Assembly: GCA_963755025.1 (NCBI GenBank)
Contig: CAVWIH010000030.1
Coordinates: forward strand, 64,001 to 128,000
DNA length: 64,000 nucleotides
DNA from: an uncultured Actinomycetes bacterium
GTDB taxonomy: Bacteria > Actinomycetota > Thermoleophilia > UBA2241
Direction of reading: 5' to 3'
Below the pieces are notes generated by a model that saw only the letters and a program-made list of their open reading frames with translations, was not told where the DNA came from and searched no databases. Each line of letters starts with the position of its first letter. Positions within the stretch are counted from its first letter, which is position 1. The position numbers were made by a program, and so were the translations under genes. Shown piece after piece: positions 43,481-56,646 of the stretch.

Positions 43481-43580
43481 GGCTCACATGATAGTGCTCG
43501 CCGGGCGGCGCGTCAGCGTCGCATCGGCGGTGCGCCGCCGCCGGTCGAGGCGCATGTGGACCGGCGCGACCGGGCGCGCC

Positions 43581-43943
43581 TCAGGCGGCGCGCAGCGCCG
43601 CCCCAGCGCGCCGCCTCAGCGGCCGCGAAAGCTCGCACTCGCCCCCGGCGCAGAAGCGTTCCAGGTCGATGCGCAGCGCGCTCTGCATGCGCGTCAGGGC
43701 GAACGAGCCCGTCTCCTCGCCGGTCTCGTCGACCTCGATGCTCATGCGCGACAGGCAGGGACCGATCGACTCGAACTGCACGACGTCGCGGTCGGAGTCC
43801 TTCTCGACGCGGCGCCAGCGAAACGGCATCCACTGCTCGCCGGGCTCCGACGCCGACATCAGCTCGTTCAGAAAGCCGTGCCAGTGCGCGCGGGCGGTGG
43901 CGACGGGCTCGTACACCTCGGTGCTCTCACGGATGGTGGCCAT
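43581..43943 (-). CDS. Small hypothetical protein, possibly a minimal SRPBCC/cyclase-like fold
   Basis: Strong RBS (GAGGAGG). MATIRESTEV..PV...W, VQFE and DLERF resemble actinobacterial SRPBCC proteins. Confidence 0.55.
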   Translation of the reverse strand: MATIRESTEVYEPVATARAHWHGFLNELMSASEPGEQWMPFRWRRVEKDSDRDVVQFESIGPCLSRMSIEVDETGEETGSFALTRMQSALRIDLERFCAGGECELSRPLRRRAGAALRAA

Positions 43944-44139
43944 GGCCACACCTCCTCATCTGATCGTCATGACCCTCATATGCCCGCCCGCGGCGACCTC
44001 GTCGCCGGTCGCCCGTCGCGACGGGCTCGTCCCGCGGCGCGCTCGTCGCGTGCCTGTCGCGACAGGCTCGTCGCGGCGCGCTCGGCGCGCCAGGGGCCGC
44101 GGCTCCGGCGCTCGGGCCGGGCAGCGAAGCCGGCCCGGC

Positions 44140-45272
44140 CTACGCACCCAGCGCGAACCAGTGCTCGCGATGCTCGAAGAGGTAGCGGTCGGTGAGAAAG
44201 TTCAGGATGAGGCGAGCGTGGCGAAAGTGCTCGGCCACGTAGCCGAGCACCGGCGAGAGGCCAAGCTCGCCGTGCCCGGTGGCGTCCCAGGCGAGGCCGT
44301 ACGAGCGCCGGCCGGCCCATTCGAGCAGGCGCAGGTCGCCGGGCGCGCCGGGGCCGCCGGCGAGGCCGCCGCTCGCGCCGCCGCCATACCCACGCTCGCG
44401 CCGCCGCCATACCCCACGCTCGCGCCGCCGGCGAGCTCCTGCCCGCCCGACGGCGAGGCCGCGCCGCCCACCGCGCGGCGCAGGCGCTCGACCGCGATGG
44501 GCGGCAGCGGGCGCGACGAGACGTGGTCGGGAAAGACGCCGCTCAGAAAGAGGGTCAGGTCGCCCAGGCGGCGGTAGAGCACGAGCCGTTCCTCGGGCGG
44601 CACGCTCAGGATGAGCTCGGCGAACTGCGCCGGGTCGAGCTCGCTGAAGCGGCGGTGGCGCCAGCCGCGGCGGCTCTTCACCCACAGCGCGCCGCTGGCC
44701 ACGTGGGTGTACGAGGCCAGCAGGTCGGCCAGAAAGAGGCGGCGCAGCGGGTCGGCCACGAACTCGCGCAGCGGATCGACCTCGAAGACCGGCACCGTGG
44801 AGCGCCGCCCCACGCGCTCGGGCACGAACGTGAGGCGGGCGAAGATCGCCGGCGTCTGGGCGAGCAGCACGGCAAAGGCCATGAAGGGACCGGCCACCAC
44901 GATGGGGTCGGGCCGCGCGGCGCCCAGCGCGGCCGTCGCCAGGGCCGCCCCGGCCGGCCCCGCGGCGCCGGCCGGGGCGCTCTGCGGCCGACGTCCTGTG
45001 GGCGCGCGGCCGGCAGGCCGCGCGTCATCGAGCGCGGCGGCCGGCGGCGCGCCGCTGAACGGTCCGCCGCCGGACGGTCCATCGCCGAACGGTCCGCCGC
45101 CGAACAGCGCCGCGAACACGTCGGCGCGGGCCAGCAGGCCGTCGATGTCGGCGGGCCGCGCGCGCAACCGGGCGGCGCGCTGCTGCCGCGTGCCCGCCAC
45201 GCCGGCGGCCTGGGCGAGCAGCGCAAGGTCGGCGTCGGAGAGGCGTTCGAGGAGGAGCAGATCAGCCAGCAT
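44140..45272 (-). CDS. Hypothetical protein; frameshifted near the 3' end
   Basis: Protein-like blocks LFLADLLASYTHVASG, RRFSELDP, RRLGDLTLFLSGVFPDH, then LLEWAGRRSY...FRHARLILNFLTDRYLF. Confidence 0.7.
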
Positions 45273-45454
45273 GAGAGCCTTGTTCCCGCTCGGCGCGTTC
45301 GTGGTGCAGCCGGGCGGCCGGGCGGCGCCCGGCGTGCGCCCCCGCCGACGCTCCCTGCGACCCCCCAACGCACCGCCGAACCCTCCCGCGCCGACCCGCT
45401 TCGCACTATCATGGGGCTGGTCGACGAGAAGTCGGGTCAGGCCGGGAGCGACAC

Positions 45455-46621
45455 ATGGTCCACAGCGACACGGCTAAGGGCATCCGCATTGCGCAGTCGT
45501 GCGCGTCCGACCCGCGCGCCGCGGTCAAGGAGTTCCACGCCCAGGTCGCGCAGCCCGACATGGCGCTCGTCATCTTCTTCTGCTCCGACGAGTACGACCG
45601 CGCCATCCTCGCCCGCGAGATGAGCCGCCGCTTCGCCGGCGTGCAGGTCGTGGGCTGCACGACCGCCGGCGAGATCGGCCCCAACGGCTGCCGCGACCAC
45701 AGCATCGCCGGCGTGAGCCTCGCCGCGAGCGTCTGCACGGCCACCAGCGGCGTCGTCGAGCACCTGCAGCAGTTCGAGTTAGACGAAGGCCGCCTGGTCG
45801 CCCACGAGCTGCTCTACCGGCTCGAGGACAGCGCGCCCGGCGCCGACCGCCGCAACAGCTTCGCCTTTTTGCTCATCGACGGCCTCTCCGTGCGCGAGGA
45901 GCTCGTGGCGCACGCGCTCCAGGACGCGCTGGGCGAGATCCCGGTCGTGGGCGGCTCCGCCGGCAACGGCCTCAGCTTCGCCAACACCTACATCTACTCC
46001 GAGAAGCGCTTTTACGCCGACAGCGCCGCCCTGATCGTGGTGAGCACGCCGCTGCCGATACGCACGTTCAAGACGCAGCACTTCCTGCCCACCGACGAGC
46101 GCCTCGTGGTCACCGAGGCCGACCCCGTGCAGCGCATCGTGCGCGAGATCAACGGCCTGCCGGCCGCCGGCGAGTACGCCCGCACGCTGGGCGTGGCGGC
46201 GGGCGACCTCGGTCCGCTGCACTTCGCGTCGTCGCCGGTCGTCGTGCTGATCGACGGCGACTACTACGTGCGCTCCATCCAGAAGGTCAACCCCGACGGC
46301 AGCCTCACCTTCTTCTGCGCCATCGAGGCCGGCGTCGTGCTGCGCGTGGCCAAGGGCGTCGACCTCATCGCCAACCTGGAAGACGCGCTGGCGCAGCTGC
46401 GCGAGCAGATCGGCCCGCTGCAGCTCGTGCTCACCTGCGACTGCATATTGCGCAAGCTCGAGATCGTCGAGAGCGGCCTGACCGACCGCGTCGGCGACAT
46501 CCTGCGGGCCAACAACGCGGTCGGCTTCAACACCTACGGCGAGCAGTTCTGCGGCGTGCACGTCAACCAGACGCTGACCGGGGTCGCCCTGGGCTCCGGC
46601 GCAGCGGACCACGGTGCCTGA
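45455..46621 (+). CDS. nosP: FIST-domain heme/nitric-oxide sensor NosP
   Basis: FFCSDEYD, VGCTTAGEIGP, FAFLLIDGLSVREE, GGSAG, FKTQHF, VREINGLPAA.EY, YYVRSIQKVNPDGSLTFFCAIE.G, CDCILRKLE, GFNTYGEQF.GVHVNQT. Confidence 0.92.
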   Translation: MVHSDTAKGIRIAQSCASDPRAAVKEFHAQVAQPDMALVIFFCSDEYDRAILAREMSRRFAGVQVVGCTTAGEIGPNGCRDHSIAGVSLAASVCTATSGVVEHLQQFELDEGRLVAHELLYRLEDSAPGADRRNSFAFLLIDGLSVREELVAHALQDALGEIPVVGGSAGNGLSFANTYIYSEKRFYADSAALIVVSTPLPIRTFKTQHFLPTDERLVVTEADPVQRIVREINGLPAAGEYARTLGVAAGDLGPLHFASSPVVVLIDGDYYVRSIQKVNPDGSLTFFCAIEAGVVLRVAKGVDLIANLEDALAQLREQIGPLQLVLTCDCILRKLEIVESGLTDRVGDILRANNAVGFNTYGEQFCGVHVNQTLTGVALGSGAADHGA

Positions 46622-48204
46622 AGCGCGGCGGCCGGGCGCCGGCGACGCCGCGCGGTCCGGCGACGCCGCGCGGCCTGGCGATTGTACGGCCCGGCCGGGG
46701 AGCGCCGCGCGGCCGGGCGCCGGCGAGGTGGCCGCCCTGCAGGCGGAGATCGTGCGCCTCAACAAGGTCGTGCAGGCGCTCATGGACCGCGCCGAGGCGG
46801 CGACCAGCACGCAGGGCTCGGGCTACGGCCTGTTCCAGACCACCGTGCTGCTGCAAAAGCAGGTCCGCCTGCGCACGCAAGAGGCCGAGGCCGCCCTGCG
46901 CGACAACGAGCGGGCCTCCAGCAGCCTCGCCGGCCTCGGCCTCGAGAGACATGCACGCCCTGCGCCGTACGGCCGCCCTGCAGATCCAGCTGCTCGAGCT
47001 GCTCGTGCAGCAGAAGGACCTGGGCGAGCTGATCGACCGCGTGGCCACGCTGCTCGACATGCCGATCGTGCTCTTCGACGCCCACGGCCGCACCCTGCAC
47101 AGCTCGCGCGGCGCCGACTCGCCGGGCCTGGCGCGCCGGCTGTGGTCGGCCTACGCCGCGCGGCGCGGCCCGTCGGCCCCGCTGGGCCGGGCCGACGGCG
47201 GCGGCGGCGAGCGCCTCTACTACCACGACATCCTGGTGATGGACCGCGTCGAGCGCGTGCTGGCGGCCGTGGCCCCGGCCCGCCAGGCGCCCGAGTTCGC
47301 CGACGCCTCGCTCGCCTTTTTGCAGCAGCTCGTCACGCTCGACGTGCTGCGCCGCCGCGACGAGCTCGCCATGGACCGCCGCGAACGCCGCCACCTGCTG
47401 GGCGAGGTGCTGGCCGGCGACGGCACGCCCGACGAGCTGCGGGCGCGCCTGGCCGACCAGGGCTTCGACCACGACAGCGTCTGGCGCGTCGTGGTCGTCG
47501 AGCTGCGCGCCGCGCCGGCCCCGCCCGAGGGCGCGCCCAGCGCGCGGGCCGCCAAGCGCCTGGCCGACAGGCTGCTGCGCGCCGTCGACGACGCCCTGAG
47601 CCGGCGCCACGCGCCGTTTCTGAGCATGCCCATGGGCTCGTTCGCCGTGGTGCTCGCGACGCTGCCCGACGGCCGGCCCGAGACGGCCGCCGCGCTGCTC
47701 GCCGACCTGCGCGACGCGACCGCCAAAGCGGTCGCGCCCGAGCAGGTCGTGGTCGGCTGCTCGACGCCGCTCTCCGGCGCCGGCGGCGCGCCGCGCGGCC
47801 TGCAGCAGGCGCACGCCGCCTGCATCGCGGCGCGCCACGACCCCGCCGCCGGCGGCGTCGTGCTGTTCGACGGCTTGAGCGGTCAGTTCCGGCTGCTCGA
47901 CGGGCTCGACGAGGAGACCCTGGCCGACATCGTCGAGCGCACCTTCGCGCCGCTGCTGGGCTACGACGCCCAGCACCGCACGCGGCTCTTCGAGACCCTC
48001 GAGACGCTGTTCGAGCACCGCCTCGCCGTGCAGGAGACCGCCGACCTGCTGCACGTGCACCGCAACACGCTGCAGAAGCGCCTGGCGCACGTCGAGCAGC
48101 TCCTCGGCGTCGACCTGAGCGACCTCGACGACATCGTCGACATACGGCTCGGCCTGCACGCCGCCGAGCTGCTCGGCAAGCGCCCCTCCGCGGCCACCGA
48201 GTAG
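46614..48204 (+). CDS. PucR/CdaR-family transcriptional regulator with a NosP-partner-type N-terminal coiled coil; frameshift near 46945
   Basis: N-terminal EIVRLNKVVQALMDRAE..GYGLFQTTVLLQKQVRLRTQE; central GAF-like and CdaR GGDEF-like regions; C-terminal LFETLE..VQETADLLHVHRNTLQKRLAHVEQLLGVDL. Start overlaps the nosP stop by 8 nt. Confidence 0.85.
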
Positions 48205-48449
48205 CGGCCGCGCGCGCCGTCGCGGCAGCGACGGCGCCGACTCGCGGCCGCGACGGCGCCGCGCCTGCGACTGCGGTCGCTCGCGCGCACGGCCCGCGCC
48301 CGCGCCGCCCGCAGGTGTGCGCGCGCCCACCTCACGCCTGAGGAGTGGTCGCGCGGCGACTCGAATACGCCGTCTGTCGGCGTCATCGTTCGGTGTACCT
48401 CGCCAAGGCGACAGCTCGCCGCCGCAACCACATCTTCGAGGAGGCATCG

Positions 48450-49984
<1,535 letters not shown>

Positions 49985-50031
49985 GAGACGCCTGCAAGGG
50001 CATCTTGGGAGTTGAAGGCTGAGAACTGACG

Positions 50032-50057
50032 GCTGCGGGCTGAGAGAAGCCCGCAGC
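50032..50057 (+). other. 10-bp stem-loop between aldB and DUF779
   Basis: GCTGCGGGCT-GAGAGA-AGCCCGCAGC, with no U-tract. Confidence 0.5.
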
Positions 50058-50085
50058 AGGCTCGCAGCACGTAAGGAGCACGGAC

Positions 50086-50432
50086 ATGAGCGAACCGGTC
50101 CCCGTTCCCGCCGTGGTGGCCACGCCCGAGGCCCTGGCCGCGGTGGCCCGCCTCGTCGCCGAACGGGGGCCGGTCATGTTCTTCCAGTCGGGAGGCTGCT
50201 GCGACGGCAGCCTCCCGATGTGCTTCGACGACGGCGAGTTCCTGATCGGCGACCACGACGTGCTGCTGGGCACGCTGGGCGGCGCCCCTTCTACATCGAC
50301 CCCCGCCAGTACGAGGTCTGGAAGCACACCCAGCTCATCCTCGACGTCGGCGAGGGCGCGCCCGAGGGCTTCTCGCTGGCCGCCGGCCCCGACACGCACT
50401 TCATCACGCGCTCGCGCATGTGCATGCCGTAG
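50086..50432 (+). CDS. DUF779-family protein; frameshift near 50285
   Basis: GPVMFFQSGGCCDGSLPMC, then FYID..QYEVWKHTQLILDV.EG...FSL....HFITRSR. The usual neighbour of AldB-type dehydrogenases. Confidence 0.88.
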
Positions 50433-50540
50433 GCGCAGGCGCGACGCCCGGCCCGAGGGCGGCGCGGGCGTGTCGCCCGGCCCAAGGGCGGCGCAGACGT
50501 GTCGCCCGGCCCAAGCGCCGCGCCGCCGACCGGCGCCCGG

Positions 50541-50859
50541 CTACCTGCGCCAGTCGCACTCCGCCACGCGGCCGCCGCTCACGACGACCCCGCGCGCGTA
50601 GGCCTCGTCGTCTAACCACAGCGTATAGGTGCCCTCGCGCAGGCCGTCGAAGGCGGCCGCGTACACCACCCGGCCGCCGCCCGTGGGGCGTTCCAGGACC
50701 TCCTTGTGCCGGCGCTCGTCGTCGTGGCCACTCGGGCTCGATCTCGATCTCGCTGCCGAGCAGGTCGGGGTCGGTGTAGAGCACCAGCGCCCCGGTCTCG
50801 TCGCCGATCTCGAGCACCACGTGTTCGGAGTGCGGTCGCCGTGGCCCGTGTTCGCTCAT
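50541..50859 (-). CDS. Small hypothetical protein; frameshifted
   Basis: VVLEIGDETGALVLYTDPDLLGSEIEI, then H.EVLERP..VYAAAFDGLREGTYTLW. RBS GGAGG. Confidence 0.65.
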
Positions 50860-51170
50860 CGCGCCTCCGCCCGGGGCGGGCGCCCGGCCGCTGCAGCCGC
50901 CGGGCGCCCCGTTCGGCCGGTCGTGGCGAGCGCCGCTCAAGGACGCCGGGGTCACGCGTCCGTGCCGGCGCTCGCTACCGGCCCTGTTGTCGACCTCTTC
51001 CTGTCGGCTCCTCTGCCGGGACAGGGCGTACGCCCACCCGACGTCGGCCCGACCGATGCCGAGACGATCTTCGACCGGATTCCGCCCTGCGGGCGGGAAG
51101 AGCGCCCCCCTGCGAACAAGCCCCCGCAAACGCGAGGCGTCCTACCCGGACGGGCGGGGGCAAAACCATT

Positions 51171-51205
51171 GGGGGCGGCGGGCGGCAAAGCCGCCCGCCG
51201 CCCCC
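51171..51205 (-). terminator. Perfect 16-bp hairpin downstream of the MFS gene
   Basis: GGGGGCGGCGGGCGGC-AAA-GCCGCCCGCCGCCCCC; followed on the minus strand by AATGGTTTT. Confidence 0.65.
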
Positions 51206-51281
51206 GCCTTAGGTGGAAGGAAGACGCTCGTGAGTCGGGCCTCCGGGCGAGCTCGCCTGCGAGCCCGCCCGGAGCCATCCG

Positions 51282-52826
51282 TCACCCGATCATGCGCTCC
51301 TCGTCGTCGACGCGCACCGGCACGAGCGCGGGCTCGCCGGGCTGACCGGCGCCGAAGCCGGCCTCGCCGCCGCGGCCGTCGCCGAGTGCGGCGCCCGCGC
51401 GGCCGTCGCCGACGCGCGCGCCGCTCTCGCCCTCGCCGGGCAGGTACGAGACCGAGTCGACCACGTCCTGCTTGGGCGGGATGGCGATGGCCGCGAAGGT
51501 GGCCACGCCCACGGCCGCCGTGCCGACCCACAGGGCCGCCGTCAGGCCGTGCACGAACGAGATCGGCGTGAGGTAGCTGCCGGCCGCCGCGAACACGCTG
51601 GCCAGCACGGCCACGCCGAACACGCCGCCGACCTCGCGCATGGTGTTGTTCACGCCAGACGCCTTGCCCTCTTCGTCGCGGCGCACGCTCGACAGCACCA
51701 GGTTGGCGACCGGCGCGAAGTAGAGGCTCATGCCCACGCCGGCCATCACGAAGGCCGGGACGAGGTTGGCGTAGGGCACGGTCGGCGACGAGATCGCCGC
51801 CAGCCAGCCCAGGGCGCCGGCCATCAGGGCCATGCCGGCGATGAGCAGCGGCCGGCTGCCGATGCGGTCAGAGAGGATGCCGGCGATGGGCGCCACCAGC
51901 ATGGGCATGGCGGTCCAGGGCAGCGTGCGCAGGCCGGCCTGCAGGGGCGTGTAACCCTGCACGATCTGGAAGAACTGCGCCAGCAGGAAGATCGAGCCGA
52001 ACATGCCGAAGCTCATGAACACCGAGGTCAGGTTGGCGGCCGCGAAGGCGCGCCGGCGGAAGAAGCGCATGGGCACCATGGGCTCCTCGGCGCGCAGCTC
52101 CCAGGCGACGAAGCCCGCCACCAGCACCGCGCCGACGATCATGGGCGGCAGCACGCCGAGGCTGGTCCAGCCGTGGGCGTTGCCGCGCACCAGACCCCAG
52201 ACGATGCCGAACAGGCCGCTGCTCACCAGGGCCAGTCCGCGCAGGTCGAGCGAGCGGTTGGCGCCGCGCGTCTCGGTCAGGCGCAGATAGGCGAAGGGCA
52301 GCAGGGCCAGGCCGATGGGCACGTTCACCCAGAAGATGAACTGCCAGGAAAATCCGTCGACGATGGCGCCGCCGATGACCGGCCCGAGGGCCACGGCCAG
52401 GCCGGCGGTGCCGCTCCAGATGCCGAGCGCCAGGCCGCGGCGGGCCGGCGGCACGGCCGCCGAGAGAATGGTGAGCGTCAGCGGCGTGACGATGGCGCCG
52501 CCCACGCCCTGCAGCGCGCGCGCCGCGATGAGGGCGCCGATGCTGGGCGCCACGGCCGCCGCGGCCGAACCCAGCGTGAAGATGGTGAGGCCGACCAGGA
52601 ACATGCGCTTGCGGCCAAAGCGGTCGCCCAGCGCGGCGCCGGTCAGTAGCAGGACGGCGAAGGTCAGCGTGTAGGCGTTGACGGTCCACTCGAGGCCCGA
52701 GAGCCCCGCTCCCAGGTCGTGCTTGATCACGGGCAGCGCGGTGGTCACGACGAGGTTGTCGAGCGAGACCATGAACACCGCGACCGACGTGATGATGAAG
52801 GTCCAGATGGTGGCTCTCCGGCTCAT
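51282..52826 (-). CDS. DHA2-family (EmrB/QacA) MFS efflux permease
   Basis: FMVSLDNLVVTTALP, WTVNAYTL, GDRFGRKRMF, ARALQGVGGA, GPVIGG, WQFIFWVNVPIG, REVGGVFGVA. Confidence 0.93.
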   Translation of the reverse strand: MSRRATIWTFIITSVAVFMVSLDNLVVTTALPVIKHDLGAGLSGLEWTVNAYTLTFAVLLLTGAALGDRFGRKRMFLVGLTIFTLGSAAAAVAPSIGALIAARALQGVGGAIVTPLTLTILSAAVPPARRGLALGIWSGTAGLAVALGPVIGGAIVDGFSWQFIFWVNVPIGLALLPFAYLRLTETRGANRSLDLRGLALVSSGLFGIVWGLVRGNAHGWTSLGVLPPMIVGAVLVAGFVAWELRAEEPMVPMRFFRRRAFAAANLTSVFMSFGMFGSIFLLAQFFQIVQGYTPLQAGLRTLPWTAMPMLVAPIAGILSDRIGSRPLLIAGMALMAGALGWLAAISSPTVPYANLVPAFVMAGVGMSLYFAPVANLVLSSVRRDEEGKASGVNNTMREVGGVFGVAVLASVFAAAGSYLTPISFVHGLTAALWVGTAAVGVATFAAIAIPPKQDVVDSVSYLPGEGESGARVGDGRAGAALGDGRGGEAGFGAGQPGEPALVPVRVDDEERMIG

Positions 52827-52983
52827 CGCGTCATCTCCCTTCCGATTGCTTATGCTTTGCTCTGACGAACCGACGTGGTGTCGATCTGGTGTCTAGTGAG
52901 TTAGTAATCGCTTAGTTTTGAGGCGAAAAAAAGAGAGGTGGCTCCGCCCGCGAGGTGCGTGCGGCGGCGCCTTAGGAACAGCT

Positions 52984-53606
52984 TCAGGCGCCGCCTCCCT
53001 TCCGGAGATTCTTCTTGAGCAGCCCGTGGAACTGGGCGAACTTGTCGACGACGAAGTGGCCGGTGCACATGCGGGCCCAGTCTTCGTCGACCTGGCCCAG
53101 GTCCATGGCCGCGGCGGCGTTCATGAGCATGCCCTCGGCCAGCCAGGGCCGCACCGCTTCGTCGGGCGCTCCCGAGGCCGACTGCACGAAGCGCACGAGG
53201 CGCAGGAACTCCTCGCGCACGGCCGCGCGCACGTCGGGGTCTTCGCAGGCCGCGTGAGCCTGAAGTTGCATGAGCAAGAGCGTGCGGTCGGTCTCGAGCA
53301 GGTTGGCGTAGGCGAGGCCCATGGTCATGAGCACGTCTTCGGTAGAAGCGTCGGGGCCAGCCTCGGCGGCGGCGGTGCGGAAGGTCGCCACCGTGCGCTC
53401 GAACGAGCGCCGCACGGCCGCGATGAAGAGGTCTTTCTTGGTGCCGAAGAGCTGGAAGAGGTAGGGCTGCGACACCCCGACCCGCTTGGCGATCGCCGTG
53501 ACCGGCGTGCCGTAGAGCCCGCCGACGGCGAACTCGCGGGTGGCCGCCTCGATGATCTCGCGGCGGCGCTCCTCTTGGTCGATCTGGTCGAGGTCATCTC
53601 ACTCAT
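52984..53606 (-). CDS. TetR/AcrR-family regulator; frameshift near 53500
   Basis: ERRREIIEAATREFAVGGLYGT, then IAKRVGVSQPYLFQLFGTKKDLF. Confidence 0.88.
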
Positions 53607-53650
53607 GGCGCGGAGTATACCATAAGTTAGCGGTCACTAAACCAAAGCCG

Positions 53651-56093
53651 TTACGAGACGCTCACTTTGTCAGGATGCCAACGCTTTCTCGTCTCGCGGC
53701 AGACCCACCCATGGTTTGGCGCCCGCGCGAGTTCAAGTCCGAGAACGTCGTCGCCGTGCCTCGTCGAGTCCAAGCTCCTGCAGGAGATAGTCGAAAAGGG
53801 CCCGCTCGTGCACGGCAACGATGACCTGTCTGTCGCGTCGCGGGCCAATGCCGAAAGCAGATTGGCGAAATTCACAAGGTGCACATCGTCCATGCTCTGG
53901 ACTGGATCATCCAAGACCAATGTTCGGACCATGGCGTCTTCCAAGACGTTGATGGCAAGGAAAAGGCAAAGCGCGGCGGTATTGAGGTTGCCCGCGCTGA
54001 GCGTCGCGCCGGCGTTGAGCGGCGCCACCCCGTCGGCTAAAACGCTCGTGGTCACGCGCAGGACGCGGCGTTCCACTGTGGGCCTAGTGAGCATCGGGCG
54101 AAACCGCTCCGAGGGAACAAGCCTTAGAAAGAGGTCCTGCCAAAGTTCGTTCAAGTCACCGTCGATCAACTTGGTAAGCGCCTTGGCTCTGGTTCTTGAC
54201 GATGCCTCAACGACTCGCCTCGCGAGGTCCTCCAGCCGCTTGACTTCGGAAAGTCGGTGTTCTGCCTCAAGCCGCCGAGACTCTAGGGCACCAGCGTCGC
54301 CCTTAAGGTGCGTGAGGTGCTCCACAGCCCGCCGCGCTTCGTCCAGCGCCTCCACAACTGATTCGATCTGGATTTTCTTCTTCCCATTCTCCTCAGCCCG
54401 GGATAGGACCGCCTCGTCAACACGATGCAGACAACGAAGAGAACGAAACGGCCTGATCAGCCACCGGGACTCCAACCTCCTCGGCTATCTCAAGAAGGCT
54501 GAGCCTGGCGCTTCGACTTCGCGCATCGATTTCAGTGCGCCTTTGGACCTCGGCTTCAGCGTCCGCCATCCGTTCCAGGTGATTGCGGGCGCCCGCACGG
54601 TCGTCGGATGCGCTCTCCAAAAGCATGCGCAAGTCGTGGACCGCCTTCGATCTGCGTTCCAGCGATCCAGCCGAGGGTAGAGCGTCAAGCTCACTCTGCG
54701 TCGTAGAAATCAGGTCGTTAAGCCTAGCCATCGCAGAGGTGAGTTGTTTGCGCTCCCGCGCGCGGTCCACTCCCAACGAGCACTCGCGAGCGAGCTCGTC
54801 AACGCGCGATCGAATCGCATCCTGTAAAGCTCCGAGCTGAAGTTCGGAGTAGTCGCGGCCACACACAGGGCAGAGATCGGAGTCGGCTAGAGGCTGAGCT
54901 TCCATGAGCAACGCTGACAAAGCCTCGAAATAGGCGAGTTGATCGTCGGACACATCGGACAAGCCTTCCAGCTGAGAAACCTGAGCGGCTAGTTGATCTC
55001 GCCAGAGAGCCAGGTTGCCGCTGCCGGCAACGACGCGCTCAAGTTGGTCCTGAAGCTCTTCCTCTAGCTTGGCCAAGCGTTCTTCGCAAGACGCGAGGAA
55101 CGCGAGCGAATCGTGTTCCTCAGCCAAGCGAGCAAACTCGGCCCCTAGATTCAATACAGATGGCTCCACGACTTCACGCAGGGCTGCGAGCTTCCCCTCC
55201 GACTGCCGCATTTCGGCGCGGGCCGCGTCGAGGGTGGCAAGCGCAGCCTTTGCGGCGTCCGAACCGTGCTCTGCTGCGTCCTCCTCGACCCGGCGAGCGT
55301 CGCCCAGGCGCTCGATGTGCATTGCCGAGCGCTCAACCGCGGCCGCCAAGGCTAAAGACATCTCAGACAACAGACCCCGCAAAGAGTCGAGCTCCTCAAG
55401 GGTCGCGCTTGCGTCTACTTGGGGCAAGTTCGCCAAGCGGACGTCGCGAATGAGGGTGATAAGCGATTCAATGGACGCCGTCGCTGAATCAACCGCTATC
55501 TGAGACGTCTCGCGGGCTGCTGATGCTTGGGCCGTGAGAAGTTGAGCCTCTTCTTCGAGCTCAACGAGCTTGTGGCATTCCTTGCGAAGCCAGCGGCGAT
55601 CCATCGCTGGATGGAGACCCTCATTCAAGCTCACGAGGTCGTCAAGCTGAAGCAGGTCTTGGATGAACCGGACTAAGGGTTGCTCCCCGCCCGGACCGGG
55701 GTCACCCTCGTACGTCTCCAGCAGTCGCGTCAGTTGCTGCTGAGACAGGAAGGCACGCTCTCGGAAATAGATCTGGATGGACTGGGGGGCGCACTCATGC
55801 TGAACCCCGGCCCCAGAACAGGCTTCGCGCTGGTTCTCGTCTCTGAAACGGACCTTAACCGACATGTCATCGTGCGCAAACTGATTCACGAGGCATCTCG
55901 GGTAATCATCGCCATACCGCTGAAGATCCTGCACCTTCCCGGTCAAGGCATACTCGAGGGCTTGCAGAAGGGTCGACTTTCCACTGCCGTTGGGTCCGTG
56001 GATGAGAACGACGGGACTATCGAGCGAGACCTTGTGTGCCCCGGAAATACACCGGAAGTTCTCGATCTCGAGTCCGGTTATTCGGCTAATCAT
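53651..56093 (-). CDS. SMC/Rad50-like ABC ATPase (LmuB-like); frameshifts near 54450 and 53830
   Basis: IENFR, Walker A HGPNGSGKST, Q-loop FLSQ, coiled coil with zinc hook CPVCG, signature LSAG, Walker B LVLDDPVQSMD, H-switch VAVHE. Confidence 0.88.
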
Positions 56094-56646
56094 GGCCGAC
56101 CTCGAGGATTGCCATCTCAGTCGCCTGGTCAACAAGACGCAGTAGGGTTGCTTTGACCTCGTCGGGGCCCCGTTGAGCGGCGGCAAGTAATGACCCGACT
56201 CTTGGATCCGATGCGCGTCGGCCCAGCGCATCGCTCAGCAGGCCAGCGACGGAGTCAGGAGTAACGGTGTTTGGCAGATTCAGCCTAGTCAAAGGTTTGA
56301 GGAACCTGGCCGCGTCTTTCCCGTCAGCATCGTCCGGGATCGTAATCGTGTGAGCGAACTCGCCGACTCCGCCGACGGTAGGGTCTTGGCCGCGAGGGCC
56401 GACTACTACGACAGTTACTGGACGTGATGACCCCGTTCGCTCCAAGAGCCAAATCAACGTTCGCACTCGTCTCGTCGCCGCACACGAAGGGCCAGCGGAG
56501 CCCAATACGAGCACGACCAGGTTACCGTGATCTTTCGGGCCGACAAACACCGCGTCAAACTGGAAAGCTTCGCCAGCCACGACGAGTGGCTGCGGCAATT
56601 CGCGGTAACCCTCTCCAGCCAAGAGATCGCGCACGCGGTCCAGCAT
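56086..56646 (-). CDS. Middle component of an ABC-three-component/Lamassu-like system (LmuC-like)
   Basis: 186 aa, overlapping both the SIR2 and SMC genes; restriction-endonuclease-like pattern FDAVFVG..LVVLV. Assigned mainly from context. Confidence 0.65.
   Translation of the reverse strand: MLDRVRDLLAGEGYRELPQPLVVAGEAFQFDAVFVGPKDHGNLVVLVLGSAGPSCAATRRVRTLIWLLERTGSSRPVTVVVVGPRGQDPTVGGVGEFAHTITIPDDADGKDAARFLKPLTRLNLPNTVTPDSVAGLLSDALGRRASDPRVGSLLAAAQRGPDEVKATLLRLVDQATEMAILEVGHD

Noticed and set aside
51158-51205. GGCAAAACC...GCAAAGCC resembling a c-di-GMP-I riboswitch
   Set aside because: No GNRA loop or receptor and no downstream gene on that strand; fully explained by a 16-bp terminator-like hairpin.
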